From: Amphritea sp.
Lineage (GTDB): Bacteria; Pseudomonadota; Gammaproteobacteria; Pseudomonadales; Balneatricaceae
Assembly (NCBI RefSeq): GCF_016744155.1
Contig: NZ_JADGEW010000001.1
Coordinates: 223,714-239,713 of the forward strand
Direction of reading: 5' to 3'
DNA: 16,000 bases
Shown here: piece after piece, positions 1 to 7,875 of the stretch
How the letters are laid out: every line of letters begins with the position of its first letter
Numbering within the stretch: the first letter of the stretch is position 1
Made by a program: the position numbers and the translations under genes
The notes under the pieces: model-generated
Told to the model about the DNA's origin: nothing
Seen by the model: the letters and a program-made list of their open reading frames with translations, nothing else
Database searches by the model: none

Positions 1-165
1 GCTTTGCTCAGTAGAATAGAGCGCTGTGTTTTCATATCGCTCTATTTTCAGATAATCAGGGCTACGGTTCTGTCCTGCCGTCAGCAGCACGATAGCGATA
101 GCGATAATCCAGGCCACTATCTTCAGATAGGTCCGGTTAAAGAGTGAAGGTTTACTTTCTGCCAT
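1..165 (-). CDS. Hypothetical membrane-anchored protein, N-terminal fragment; the gene continues past the left edge of the window
   Basis: A minus-strand ATG (complement of 163-165) is preceded by AGGAA 7 nt upstream (complement of 173-177). The frame stays open to position 1 and reads MAESKPSLFNRTYLKIVAWIIAIAIVLLTAGQNRSPDYLKIERYENTALYSTEQS. It has one clear hydrophobic helix (IVAWIIAIAIVLL). It is missing from the ORF track, presumably because only 55 codons lie in the window. I do not recognise a family. Confidence 0.4.
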   Translation of the reverse strand, partial: MAESKPSLFNRTYLKIVAWIIAIAIVLLTAGQNRSPDYLKIERYENTALYSTEQS

Positions 166-270
166 CAGTTGTTCCTGGTCATTTCCTAGCCGGTTTTCAG
201 TGCCCCTGCCGGACTTTCCTATGGTAAGATATTCCGCCTAACTGAAACATACAGGACGACTCGCAGATGG

Positions 271-293
271 AACAGGGATCCCCCTGTTTTTTT
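271..293 (+). terminator. Intrinsic-terminator-like hairpin plus T7 tract in the ftsY leader; possible attenuator or end of a short leader transcript
   Basis: AACAGGG (271-277), loop ATCC, then CCCTGTT (282-288), running into seven T residues (287-293). It lies 37 nt upstream of the ftsY ATG. It is plus-strand specific: the reverse complement has an A tract before the stem and no T tract after it. No plus-strand gene lies upstream for it to terminate. Confidence 0.35.
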
Positions 294-329
294 GCACCTT
301 TTGAGCCTGATAGCGGATAGCGAAGAAGC

Positions 330-1598
330 ATGTTTAAGAAGCTTAAATCAATGTTTAACTCTGAGCCGAATGAAGCTCAGAAGGCTCCTGTGGATGAGCA
401 GGATAGCCAGGCTGTTGAATTAGATCAGCCCGAAGCTAAGGAATTAGTTCAGGAATCAGCTGCTGAGTCAGTAGAGGCTTCAATTGAAGCGCCGGTTCAG
501 GGCGATGTTCAAGCCTCAGCTGAAGAACCCGTAGATAGTCCTTCTGAAACCTCTGTTGTAGAAGAGGCTGCTGTGGCTGAGGTTGTCGAGGCCGAAATCG
601 AAGCCCCAATAGTTGATGAGGAAGTAGTAGCAGAGGAACCTGTTGCTGAGTCCGAGTCTGTTGTAGCGGAGCCCGAGCAGAAAACCGGATTCTTTGGCCG
701 AATTAAAGCCGGACTCAGTCGAACTAAAGCAAATCTGACTGAAGGTCTGGGGGCTCTGTTCCTTGGTGCAAAAGAGATTGATGATGATCTGCTGGAGGAG
801 ATTGAAACTCATCTTCTGATGGCCGATGTCGGTGTGGAAGCGACCACTGAAATTATTGGTAAGCTGACTGATCGGGTCAGCCGTAAACAACTGGCCGATG
901 CGGATGCGCTTTACGCTGCGTTGAAAGATGAGTTAGCCGCCCTGCTTGAAGGCGCCGAACAGCCTCTGGATCTTGAAAGTAGCAAAGGGCCTTTTGTTTT
1001 ACTGATGGTCGGTGTAAACGGTGTAGGAAAAACCACCACTATTGGCAAGCTGGCAAAGAAATATCAGGCGGAAGGAAAGTCAGTGATGCTGGCGGCGGGT
1101 GATACTTTTCGGGCCGCGGCAGTGGAACAGTTGCAGGTTTGGGGTGATCGAAACAATGTGCCGGTAGTGGCTCAGCATACGGGTGCTGACTCCGCTTCAG
1201 TGCTTTTTGATGCACTGCAATCGGCGCAGGCGAAAAATATTGACGTAGTTATTGCTGATACTGCGGGTCGTTTGCAGAACAAAGATCACCTGATGCAGGA
1301 ACTTGAAAAAGTTGTCCGGGTGATGAAGAAGCTAGACCCGGATGCGCCCCATGAGGTGATGTTGGTGCTGGATGCCGGCACTGGCCAGAATGCGATGAGT
1401 CAGGCGAAACTGTTTAAAGAATCAGTAGGCGTCAGTGGTATTAGTCTGACCAAACTAGACGGTACTGCAAAAGGCGGTATTATCTTTGCTATTGCCAAAC
1501 AACTGGATATACCTATTCGCTACATCGGCGTAGGGGAGCAAATTGATGATCTGCGACCGTTCAAGGCGAAAGAGTTTGTCTCTGCCTTGTTCGACTGA
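330..1598 (+). CDS. ftsY: Signal recognition particle receptor FtsY
   Basis: The C-terminal NG domain carries SRP-GTPase motifs: GVNGVGKTTT (G1), DTAGR (G3) and TKLDG (G4). The ~115 aa N-terminal A-domain is acidic and rich in E/A/V/P, as is typical of gammaproteobacterial FtsY. ftsE and ftsX follow directly. Confidence 0.97.
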   Translation: MFKKLKSMFNSEPNEAQKAPVDEQDSQAVELDQPEAKELVQESAAESVEASIEAPVQGDVQASAEEPVDSPSETSVVEEAAVAEVVEAEIEAPIVDEEVVAEEPVAESESVVAEPEQKTGFFGRIKAGLSRTKANLTEGLGALFLGAKEIDDDLLEEIETHLLMADVGVEATTEIIGKLTDRVSRKQLADADALYAALKDELAALLEGAEQPLDLESSKGPFVLLMVGVNGVGKTTTIGKLAKKYQAEGKSVMLAAGDTFRAAAVEQLQVWGDRNNVPVVAQHTGADSASVLFDALQSAQAKNIDVVIADTAGRLQNKDHLMQELEKVVRVMKKLDPDAPHEVMLVLDAGTGQNAMSQAKLFKESVGVSGISLTKLDGTAKGGIIFAIAKQLDIPIRYIGVGEQIDDLRPFKAKEFVSALFD

Positions 1599-1653
1599 GG
1601 TTTGATCGATTTATAGATGAATTATTTCGAAGGCTTTCTAAGGTAATCAACCT

Positions 1654-2316
1654 GTGATCAGTTTCGACAACGTTACTAAGCGCTACCCAAATGGCTATGA
1701 TGCCCTGAATCAAGTCGATTTTAGCCTTGATCAGGGTGAAATGGCATTTCTCACCGGGCATTCAGGTGCCGGTAAGAGTACCTTGCTCAAGCTAATCATG
1801 TTGATGGAACGGCCCTCTAATGGTCGGGTTCTGGTCGGTGATCAGGACTTGGCAACACTGGGTAATAGCCAGATCCCCTTTCATCGGCGCCGTGTCGGCG
1901 TAGTGTTTCAGAATCATCAGCTGTTGTTTGATCGTTCAGTTTTCGAAAATATCGTACTGCCTTTGCGGATCTGCGGCTTTGATCCGGCGGATGCAGCGCG
2001 CCGGGCCCATGCTGCGTTGGATAAAGTAGGGTTGTTAAGCAAAGAAAAACTCAATCCGGTGGTGCTATCCGGTGGCGAGCAACAGCGGGTGGGTATCGCC
2101 CGTGCGATTGTCCACAAACCCCAACTGCTGCTGGCGGATGAGCCGACCGGTAACCTGGACCCGAAGCTGTCAGAAGAGGTTATGCGATTGTTTCAGCAAT
2201 TTAATCAGGTAGGAACTACTGTGCTGATTGCCAGTCATGATCTGGGGCTGATTGCGCGGATGCCGCATCGGGTTATTACCCTCCAACAGGGCAGGCTGAT
2301 CAGCGATGGAAAATAA
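1654..2316 (+). CDS. ftsE: Cell-division ABC transporter ATP-binding protein FtsE
   Basis: Walker [13 protein letters not shown] signature LSGGEQQR and Walker B LLLADEPT are present. The GTG start at 1654 aligns with the N-terminus of E. coli FtsE (M-I-R-F versus V-I-S-F). AAGG lies about 10 nt upstream. Confidence 0.97.
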   Translation: MISFDNVTKRYPNGYDALNQVDFSLDQGEMAFLTGHSGAGKSTLLKLIMLMERPSNGRVLVGDQDLATLGNSQIPFHRRRVGVVFQNHQLLFDRSVFENIVLPLRICGFDPADAARRAHAALDKVGLLSKEKLNPVVLSGGEQQRVGIARAIVHKPQLLLADEPTGNLDPKLSEEVMRLFQQFNQVGTTVLIASHDLGLIARMPHRVITLQQGRLISDGK

Positions 2317-3325
2317 TCTGCGAAATAAAGGCGCGGTTCGGGTTGAGCAGAAAACCCGGCGGGACGCCAAAGTTCATCGTGGCGCCGAACACCATAAACT
2401 GAAGGTCTCTGACAAGGGGCGCAGCTATCTACGCCACCATCTGGAGGTAGCTGAGCAATCATACCGCTCGCTGTTAACTAAGCCGCTCACTACTTTTATG
2501 ACGCTGGCAGTACTGGCGATTGCATTGGCATTGCCGGGCTCTCTCTATACCGGTTTGAAAAACCTGCAACAGCTCGGCCAGGGCTGGGAAGGTGACCCCC
2601 GAGTCGCCCTATATCTTAAGATAGGTGTGACGGAATCAGAGGCAGAGATACTCAGTCGAGAGTTACTCTTACGTGATGATGTAGCGGCCACAGAATTAGT
2701 GACTGCAGAGCAGGGGATGCTTGAGTTTAAAGCGATGTCCGGCTTTGGTGAGGTATTTGATTTTCTCGATCAAAACCCTCTACCTGCTGTGATTATGGTT
2801 ATGCCGCTGGATCTCTCGGTAACTGATATTCCGCTGTTGCAATCTAAATTGCTGGTCCTGCCTCAGGTTGATGAAGCGGTGGTCGATATGGAGTGGGTGC
2901 AACGACTCTCGGCTTTTGTTGCGTTGGCAGAGCGGGGGGTCTGGTTGCTAACCGGATTATTTGTCTTGGCTGTGCTGCTGGTGGTGGGGAATACCATTCG
3001 CTTATCGATTGAGAGCCGACGGGAAGAAATTGTAATAGCTAAGCTGGTAGGTGCAACTGATGCCTATGTCAGGCGCCCTTTTCTATATGATGGCATCTGG
3101 TATGGCATCGCCGGTGGTGTGATCGCCTGGGTGCTGATTCAACTATCTTTATTACTGCTGAATAGTCCGGTTGAACAACTGGTGAAACTCTATAACAGTC
3201 AGTTTGAGTTGGTTGGATTGGGCTTTGTGGATACCCTGTTGTTACTGGCCATCAGTATCCTTTTAGGCCTGCTGGGTGCATGGCTAGCCGTTGGCCGCCA
3301 TCTGCGTCAGATCCAACCCCGTTAA
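2306..3325 (+). CDS. ftsX: Cell-division ABC transporter permease-like protein FtsX
   Basis: The ATG overlaps the ftsE stop by 11 nt (ATGGAAAATAA), indicating translational coupling. The protein has a basic cytoplasmic N-terminus, TM1, a ~110 aa periplasmic domain and three C-terminal TM helices, which is the FtsX topology. Its position in ftsYEX also fits. Confidence 0.93.
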   Translation: MENNLRNKGAVRVEQKTRRDAKVHRGAEHHKLKVSDKGRSYLRHHLEVAEQSYRSLLTKPLTTFMTLAVLAIALALPGSLYTGLKNLQQLGQGWEGDPRVALYLKIGVTESEAEILSRELLLRDDVAATELVTAEQGMLEFKAMSGFGEVFDFLDQNPLPAVIMVMPLDLSVTDIPLLQSKLLVLPQVDEAVVDMEWVQRLSAFVALAERGVWLLTGLFVLAVLLVVGNTIRLSIESRREEIVIAKLVGATDAYVRRPFLYDGIWYGIAGGVIAWVLIQLSLLLLNSPVEQLVKLYNSQFELVGLGFVDTLLLLAISILLGLLGAWLAVGRHLRQIQPR

Positions 3326-3501
3326 AAGGCCGTATAATGGGTTATCTACGGATAATACAGATTTGAATGTAAATATTGGTAAAGTCAGTACCCCGTAGGA
3401 CTTGTCATCTGCTAATCTTCTCGCTATCGTAGTTGGTTCGCTATAGCTATATGTATAAAAGCGGTTGTTGATAGTGGTGAGTTGTAGCGATTTTTATAGT
3501 C

Positions 3502-3529
3502 GGAACTTATCCGATAAGAGCGTGTCATA
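3502..3529 (+). promoter_or_regulatory. Candidate sigma-E (RpoE/AlgU)-type promoter for rpoH
   Basis: GGAACTT (3502-3508), a 16 nt spacer, then TCATA (3525-3529). This matches the extracytoplasmic-stress sigma consensus GGAACTT-N16-TCnnA. It sits about 50 nt upstream of the rpoH ATG. rpoH has a sigma-E-dependent promoter (P3) in E. coli and is AlgU-dependent in P. aeruginosa. This is a motif match only; no transcription start data are available. Confidence 0.4.
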
Positions 3530-3579
3530 GCAGTAACTTATTTTGACACCTTTAAATGAACGAGTAATGAGGTTGTGTA

Positions 3580-4437
3580 ATGGGCAAAAGCCTGCAGGTC
3601 GCTAAAGTATTATCTCCGGGCCAGAATCTGGAGGCATACATACGTCAGGTAACATCTATTCCTGTGCTTACAGTAGAGGAAGAACGTGAACTGGCAGAGC
3701 GACTCTATTACCAGAATGACCTTGAAGCTGCACGTCAGCTGGTCTTGTCACATATGCGATTTGTTGTTCATGTTGCAAAATCCTACTCCGGTTATGGCCT
3801 TTCTCAGGCAGACCTGATTCAGGAAGGCAATGTGGGCATGATGAAAGCGGTTAAACGCTTTGATCCGACGATGGGTGTTCGCCTGGTTTCCTTTGCGGTG
3901 CACTGGATTAAGGCAGAGATGCATGAATTTATCCTGCGCAACTGGCGTATTGTTAAAGTTGCGACTACCAAAGCACAGCGTAAGTTGTTCTTTAACCTGC
4001 GCAGTAAGAAGAAAAACCTGGGTTGGTTGAACAACGCTGAAGTTACCGCTATGGCGGAAGATCTGGGTGTTGGCGAGCATGTTGTTCGGGAGATGGAAGG
4101 CCGGATGAGCAGCGCCGATATGGCTTTCGATGCTCCGGTTGGTGATGATGATGAGCGAGCTTATCAGTCACCGGCTTATTTCCTTGAAGATCACAATCAG
4201 GATCCTGCCAGTCAACTGGAAGATTCAAACTGGGCAGCTGATTCCAATCAGCGTCTGAGTGCTGCGATGGAGCAGTTAGATGAGCGTAGCCGAGATATTC
4301 TGATGCAGCGCTGGCTGGGTGAACAAAAAGCGACTCTGCACCAATTAGCCGCTCGTTATGAGGTTTCTGCCGAGCGGATTCGTCAGTTAGAAAAGAACGC
4401 GATGAAGAAGATTAAGGCCTCAATGCTAGAAGCCTGA
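3580..4437 (+). CDS. rpoH: RNA polymerase heat-shock sigma factor sigma-32 (RpoH)
   Basis: It aligns near end-to-end with E. coli RpoH as I recall it. It contains the RpoH box QRKLFFNLR, region 2 [19 protein letters not shown] and the region 4 motif [20 protein letters not shown] lies 8 nt upstream of the ATG. Its position after ftsX is conserved. Confidence 0.97.
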   Translation: MGKSLQVAKVLSPGQNLEAYIRQVTSIPVLTVEEERELAERLYYQNDLEAARQLVLSHMRFVVHVAKSYSGYGLSQADLIQEGNVGMMKAVKRFDPTMGVRLVSFAVHWIKAEMHEFILRNWRIVKVATTKAQRKLFFNLRSKKKNLGWLNNAEVTAMAEDLGVGEHVVREMEGRMSSADMAFDAPVGDDDERAYQSPAYFLEDHNQDPASQLEDSNWAADSNQRLSAAMEQLDERSRDILMQRWLGEQKATLHQLAARYEVSAERIRQLEKNAMKKIKASMLEA

Positions 4438-4456
4438 TAAACCGTTCTGATCAAAT

Positions 4457-4488
4457 AAGCCGCCCTCTGATGAGCGCGGCTTTTTTAT
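4457..4488 (+). terminator. Rho-independent terminator of rpoH
   Basis: AAGCCGC (4457-4463) pairs with GCGGCTT (4476-4482) across a 12 nt loop. The stem runs into TTTTTTATT. It lies 20 nt after the rpoH stop. Confidence 0.8.
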
Positions 4489-4547
4489 TGCTTATCGCCA
4501 CCGCTTAGCTTTGTTAGAATAGCCCCCTCAAACATCCGGAACACAGT

Positions 4548-4925
4548 ATGACTGCCCGTTTAATAATAATATGCAGTGCCCTTAGTGGGTTTATCTCTGT
4601 TGCATTTGGTGCCTTTGGCGCTCATCTGCTCAAGGAACAACTCAGCAGTCGGCTGTATGAAGTGCTGCAAACCGGCATTCAGTATCAGATGTTTCATACT
4701 TTGGCTCTGCTGGGTGTGGGACTGTTGATGCTGCGACAACCGATCAAGGGGCTATCTCTGACAGCGGTATTGTTTTTGGCAGGCATCATTTTTTTCAGCG
4801 GTAGTCTGTATGCGATGGCGCTGAGTGGTCAGCATTGGCTTGGCGCAGTAACCCCGATAGGTGGTCTTCTGTTTCTGGCGGGCTGGATGAATCTTGGCCG
4901 GGTTGCTTACCGGCAGTTAAGTTAA
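4548..4925 (+). CDS. ygdD: DUF423 family inner-membrane protein (YgdD-like)
   Basis: The 125 aa protein has four predicted TM helices. It is collinear with E. coli YgdD, including the signatures FGAFGAH, YQMFH, FSGSLY and FLAGW. A TGtTAGAAT extended -10-like element lies at 4512-4520. Confidence 0.85.
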   Translation: MTARLIIICSALSGFISVAFGAFGAHLLKEQLSSRLYEVLQTGIQYQMFHTLALLGVGLLMLRQPIKGLSLTAVLFLAGIIFFSGSLYAMALSGQHWLGAVTPIGGLLFLAGWMNLGRVAYRQLS

Positions 4926-4944
4926 TAAAAGTGGATCAACCTCA

Positions 4945-5145
4945 ATGCAGATACAGCTAAATGGTGACAGTCTCGAGGTTCAGCAAGGCTCCTCGATTAC
5001 CGCCCTGCTTGAACAGATAGAGCTTGGTGAGCGACGTGTAGCCGTCGAATTGAACCTGGAGATCGTTCCTCGGAGCCAGCATGCTGAAACAGTGCTGAAG
5101 GACGGCGACAGAGTTGAGGTCGTTCACGCTATCGGTGGCGGCTAG
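4945..5145 (+). CDS. thiS: Thiamine-biosynthesis sulfur-carrier protein ThiS
   Basis: The 66 aa protein has a ubiquitin-like size and ends in the diagnostic Gly-Gly C-terminus (HAIGGG-stop). It lies directly upstream of thiG. Confidence 0.9.
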   Translation: MQIQLNGDSLEVQQGSSITALLEQIELGERRVAVELNLEIVPRSQHAETVLKDGDRVEVVHAIGGG

Positions 5146-5195
5146 GCGCCTGGATTTACCAGAATAGATAACAGAATTTAACTGGGTAGAGAATA

Positions 5196-5996
5196 ATGTC
5201 TGAACAACATAACGATCCTTTAATTATTGCAGGCCGCAGCTTTCAGTCCCGTCTATTGATCGGGACGGGCAAATACCGTGATATGGAAGAGACCCGCCTG
5301 GCAATTGAAGCCAGTGGTGCTGAGATTGTCACTGTAGCGGTACGTCGTACTAACATCGGCCAGAATCCCGATGAGCCGAATTTGCTGGATGTTATCTCCC
5401 CCGATAAATATACCATCCTGCCGAATACTGCAGGCTGCTTCAACGCTGCTGATGCAGTGCGTACCTGTATGCTGGCCCGTGAACTGATGGATGGCCATGA
5501 TCTGGTGAAGCTGGAAGTGTTGGGTGATGAGAAAACCCTGTATCCGAACGTTGTGGATACTATCAAAGCTGCCGATAAACTGGTGCAGGACGGCTTCAAA
5601 GTGATGGTTTATACCAGTGACGATCCTATCGTGGCTAAAGAGTTGGAATCGATCGGTTGCGTCGCTATTATGCCGCTAGGGTCTATGATCGGTTCCGGTC
5701 TGGGTATCCTCAATCCTCATAATATCAATGTAATTATGGAAGATTGTAAAGTCCCTGTGCTGGTGGATGCCGGTGTCGGTACCGCTTCTGAAGCAGCGGT
5801 AGCGATGGAGATGGGCTGTGAAGCGGTGTTGATGAACTCAGCCATTGCTGGTGCCCGTGACCCTATTATGATGGCTATAGCGATGCGTAAGGCGGTTGAA
5901 GCGGGTCGTGGAGCTTTCCTTGCAGGGCGTATGCCGCGGAAGAAATATGCCAGCGCATCTTCTCCGATGGAAGGTAGAATTGTTGGTAAGCTGTAA
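5196..5996 (+). CDS. thiG: Thiazole synthase ThiG
   Basis: It is highly similar throughout to Pseudomonas and E. coli ThiG. Shared segments include [47 protein letters not shown] and AVLMNSAIA. Confidence 0.97.
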   Translation: MSEQHNDPLIIAGRSFQSRLLIGTGKYRDMEETRLAIEASGAEIVTVAVRRTNIGQNPDEPNLLDVISPDKYTILPNTAGCFNAADAVRTCMLARELMDGHDLVKLEVLGDEKTLYPNVVDTIKAADKLVQDGFKVMVYTSDDPIVAKELESIGCVAIMPLGSMIGSGLGILNPHNINVIMEDCKVPVLVDAGVGTASEAAVAMEMGCEAVLMNSAIAGARDPIMMAIAMRKAVEAGRGAFLAGRMPRKKYASASSPMEGRIVGKL

Positions 5997-6085
5997 TTAA
6001 TTGTTGGGATAAAGCCGACAAAAGCCTATAAATAGCATGTTTCTCGGGATTGCTGCTTAAGTGTTTCCGTGGGTGATATGTTACC

Positions 6086-6119
6086 GCAGCCTGATCTGTT
6101 GATCAGGCTGCTTTGTTTT
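6086..6119 (+). terminator. Rho-independent terminator after thiG
   Basis: A perfect 11 bp stem, GCAGCCTGATC (6086-6096) with GATCAGGCTGC (6101-6111), encloses the loop TGTT. TTTGTTTT follows. Confidence 0.85.
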
Positions 6120-6136
6120 AATAAGAGTCCAGATCG

Positions 6137-6871
6137 ATGTCAGAAGAGAACAAAACTGAACAGCAGTCCCCAGAGCAGCCCGTCGGGGAAAAATATATGC
6201 GTACTGTTAAAAGCTTCGTGCTGCGTGCCGGTCGCATGACCGAAGGCCAGCAGAAGGCGATGGACAGGGCGTGGCCCGAGATGGGCTTAGAGCTGAGTCA
6301 GGGGAAACTCGACCTTGCTGAAGTCTTTGGACGGGAAGCCCCTGTGGTTTTGGAGATCGGCTTCGGTATGGGCGATTCTTTGATAGAGATGGCCAAAGAT
6401 CAGCCGGAGAAAAACTACATCGGTATCGAAGTACACCGCCCAGGTGTTGGTAGGTTGCTGCGGAATGTCGAGAAAGAAGGATTGAGTAATATCCGGGTTT
6501 TCTGTGATGACGCCATCGAAGTGTTGGCGCAGTGTATTCCCGACGGCAGCTTGAGCACCTTACAGCTGTTTTTCCCGGACCCATGGCATAAGAAAAAGCA
6601 TAAAAAACGTCGTATAGTCCAGGCGGAGTTTGCCGAAACGATTCGTAAAAAACTCAAAGTGGGCGGCCATTTTCACATGGCGACCGATTGGGAAAACTAC
6701 GCTGAGCATATGATGGAAGTGATGTCAGTGGCACCGGGCTACCGAAATGTTGCCGGTGATCAGGCATTTTCCCCACAGCCGGAGTGGCGTCCTGTGACTA
6801 AATTCCAGAAGCGCGGTGAGCGTCTCGGCCACGGAGTGTGGGACTTGATGTTTGAAAGAACGGCCGGCTAA
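6137..6871 (+). CDS. trmB: tRNA (guanine46-N7)-methyltransferase TrmB
   Basis: It contains the SAM-binding motif LEIGFGMG and the TrmB signature [15 protein letters not shown]. The N-terminal [14 protein letters not shown] resembles Pseudomonas TrmB. Its position after thiG is conserved. Confidence 0.95.
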   Translation: MSEENKTEQQSPEQPVGEKYMRTVKSFVLRAGRMTEGQQKAMDRAWPEMGLELSQGKLDLAEVFGREAPVVLEIGFGMGDSLIEMAKDQPEKNYIGIEVHRPGVGRLLRNVEKEGLSNIRVFCDDAIEVLAQCIPDGSLSTLQLFFPDPWHKKKHKKRRIVQAEFAETIRKKLKVGGHFHMATDWENYAEHMMEVMSVAPGYRNVAGDQAFSPQPEWRPVTKFQKRGERLGHGVWDLMFERTAG

Positions 6872-6922
6872 GTTCTGGGGTTTTGACGATTGAGTTTATT
6901 GGAAGCAAGGCTAAGGGGTTGC

Positions 6923-7345
6923 TCAGAACCCCATTGCCTCTTTCAGTGTGTCGATCAGAAGATCAAGGACACCGGGCTTAACTTTCTTGTGATAGCTTTC
7001 TCTGAGCTGATCAACTTGCTTTAGCTCAGTTTGCAGTGTTGCCAGGTTTGCCTCGGTTGCTTCTGGCAGTTTACTAACAATGCTTTGTACCTTGTTCAGG
7101 CCTTCCAGAGATAATACTTTGCGTTCGGGCGAAAACTCAAAATTTCGGGCGGTTTGCAGTTCGACTAAAAACAGCTGGATATGTTGATTGAATTGCTCCG
7201 GCTTGTTGGTTTCAATCGCCTCTTTGTAGTGCAGGCGAATCTCTTTCATGGTTGGTTTAAGCTTACCTGCTGATGCAGGGGTTGTGAGTAACAGGCCCAG
7301 CAGAAGAACGGTTAATGGTGTTTTTAACAGAGTAAACATCGACAT
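6923..7345 (-). CDS. Periplasmic four-helix-bundle protein, cytochrome b562-like (tentative family call)
   Basis: I trimmed the tracked ORF (6923-7378) to the ATG at 7345. That ATG lies 1 nt after the stop of the upstream gene (TGAgATG) and gives a classic Sec signal peptide, MSMFTLLKTPLTVLLLGLLLTTPASA|GK. The predicted mature protein has Met at position 7 and a C-terminal RESYHKK. These parallel the Met7 and NAYHQKYR His heme ligands of E. coli cytochrome b562. The sequence is helical and amphipathic throughout. That it is a real CDS is more certain (~0.85) than the b562 assignment. Confidence 0.55.
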   Translation of the reverse strand: MSMFTLLKTPLTVLLLGLLLTTPASAGKLKPTMKEIRLHYKEAIETNKPEQFNQHIQLFLVELQTARNFEFSPERKVLSLEGLNKVQSIVSKLPEATEANLATLQTELKQVDQLRESYHKKVKPGVLDLLIDTLKEAMGF

Positions 7346-7346
7346 C

Positions 7347-7598
7347 TCAAATACCACAACGTCCGGGACAGCCACCACCGGTCATGCAAGGTGGGGCTTC
7401 AGCGTTTTTAAGGGTTTTATTGCTAACAACACCACTGGTGCTGAGCAGTTTAGTGACTGGCGTATCAGCAGGGGTCGTACCGCTATCGAAGCCGCCGACA
7501 TCACAGAGGTCGGCCCAGGTTGAAAGCTTTAGCGCCATCGGGTGGCGTACTTCAAAAACTTCACCGGTGGTGTCGCAACGGTAATCGTAAGTAGGCAT
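7347..7598 (-). CDS. FmdB-family-like zinc-ribbon protein (putative regulatory protein), variant Cys pattern
   Basis: The N-terminus MPTYDYRC..GEVFEV matches the characteristic FmdB/CxxC_CxxC_SSSS start (MPxYxYxC). The middle is Ser/Thr-rich and the C-terminal tail is Gly/Cys-rich (CMTGGGCPGRCGI). AGGAAA lies 8 nt upstream of the ATG. The protein is 83 aa. Confidence 0.6.
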   Translation of the reverse strand: MPTYDYRCDTTGEVFEVRHPMALKLSTWADLCDVGGFDSGTTPADTPVTKLLSTSGVVSNKTLKNAEAPPCMTGGGCPGRCGI

Positions 7599-7875
7599 AA
7601 GGTTTTTCCTGCAATATCTCTTTTTTACACCAGCCTCTAGTTGGAATGTGGGGCTGGTTTATCCCCAGTTTTTGCGGAAGAGTTAACCGATCAACTTTGG
7701 TGCAGGGGAATATAGCTTAAACAAAGCGAGTAGCACAGGTTATCTTTCGACAACCCTGCATAAGGGGCCGTCTATACTGTATTTGCTGAGTATACTTATT
7801 ATAAGTCCAGTTAGCCTAACAAAGCCGGGCCTGAACGGGCATACGACATAGTGATAAAAAACTGAGGGCCTGAGA

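Noticed and set aside
267-320. A 17-codon mini-ORF (MEQGSPCFFAPFEPDSG) spanning the ftsY leader hairpin; possible leader peptide.
   Set aside because: It has no SD, and its composition does not suggest a regulatory codon run. The reading frame is probably incidental to the hairpin and T tract. I kept only the hairpin as a finding.
400-700. Apparent repetition in the 5' third of ftsY (VEASIEAPV / VEAEIEAPI, repeated EE/VAE); possible tandem DNA repeat.
   Set aside because: The similarity is at the amino-acid composition level only. The DNA copies are diverged, and there is no regular period or spacer structure. This is the usual acidic, disordered FtsY A-domain.
516-890. A 124 aa minus-strand ORF inside ftsY. 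Similar antisense or alternate-frame ORFs occur at 1561-1761, 1917-2117, 2170-2462, 3748-4080, 5243-5599, 6207-6657, 8502-8810, 8515-8730, 10974-11213, 11850-12083, 12624-12812, 13422-13676, 14460-14648, 14801-14995 and 15605-15811.
   Set aside because: All lie wholly or largely within strongly supported genes whose products I recognise. Their translations are low-complexity or Ser/Arg/Cys-rich with no recognisable motif. None has a convincing ribosome-binding site. They are typical shadow ORFs.
3543-3570. A perfect TTGACA (3543-3548) that might be an rpoH-proximal sigma-70 promoter.
   Set aside because: The best -10 candidate at 16-17 nt spacing (TAATGA or AATGAG) is poor. A start there would remove the GAGG ribosome-binding site of rpoH.
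4438-4944. I looked for a TPP (THI-box) riboswitch upstream of thiS-thiG.
   Set aside because: I found no conserved CTGAGA core and no ACCTGATCTGGATAATGCCAGCG-like P4/P5 elements in the rpoH-DUF423 spacer. The DUF423-thiS gap (4926-4944) is too short to hold one. thiSG appear to be transcribed with the DUF423 gene without a riboswitch.
6915-6932. A GGGGTT-GCTCAG-AACCCC hairpin between the convergent trmB and b562-like genes; possible bidirectional terminator.
   Set aside because: The stem is only 6 bp, neither side has a T tract, and it overlaps the b562-like stop codon. The evidence is too weak to annotate it as a terminator.
7346-7378. An 11-codon N-terminal extension of the b562-like ORF (start at 7378) that overlaps the upstream gene.
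   Set aside because: The internal ATG at 7345 (or 7339) puts the positively charged and hydrophobic signal peptide at the true N-terminus. It also lies 1 nt after the upstream stop codon.
7248-7584. Two plus-strand ORFs (7248-7523 and 7384-7584) antisense to the FmdB-like and b562-like genes.
   Set aside because: The minus-strand reading gives a recognisable FmdB N-terminal signature, a proper signal peptide, tight stop/start coupling and an SD. The plus-strand translations are featureless and Ser/Thr/Gly/Val-rich.
7629-7675. Mutually exclusive hairpins (ACCAGCC/GGCTGGT and TGGGG/CCCCA followed by GTTTTT) in the FmdB-PCD divergent region; attenuator-like.
   Set aside because: The stems are short (5-7 bp) with long loops. 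No plus-strand transcript is evident upstream. On the minus strand, where this is the FmdB-like leader, no T tract follows. This is likely chance complementarity.
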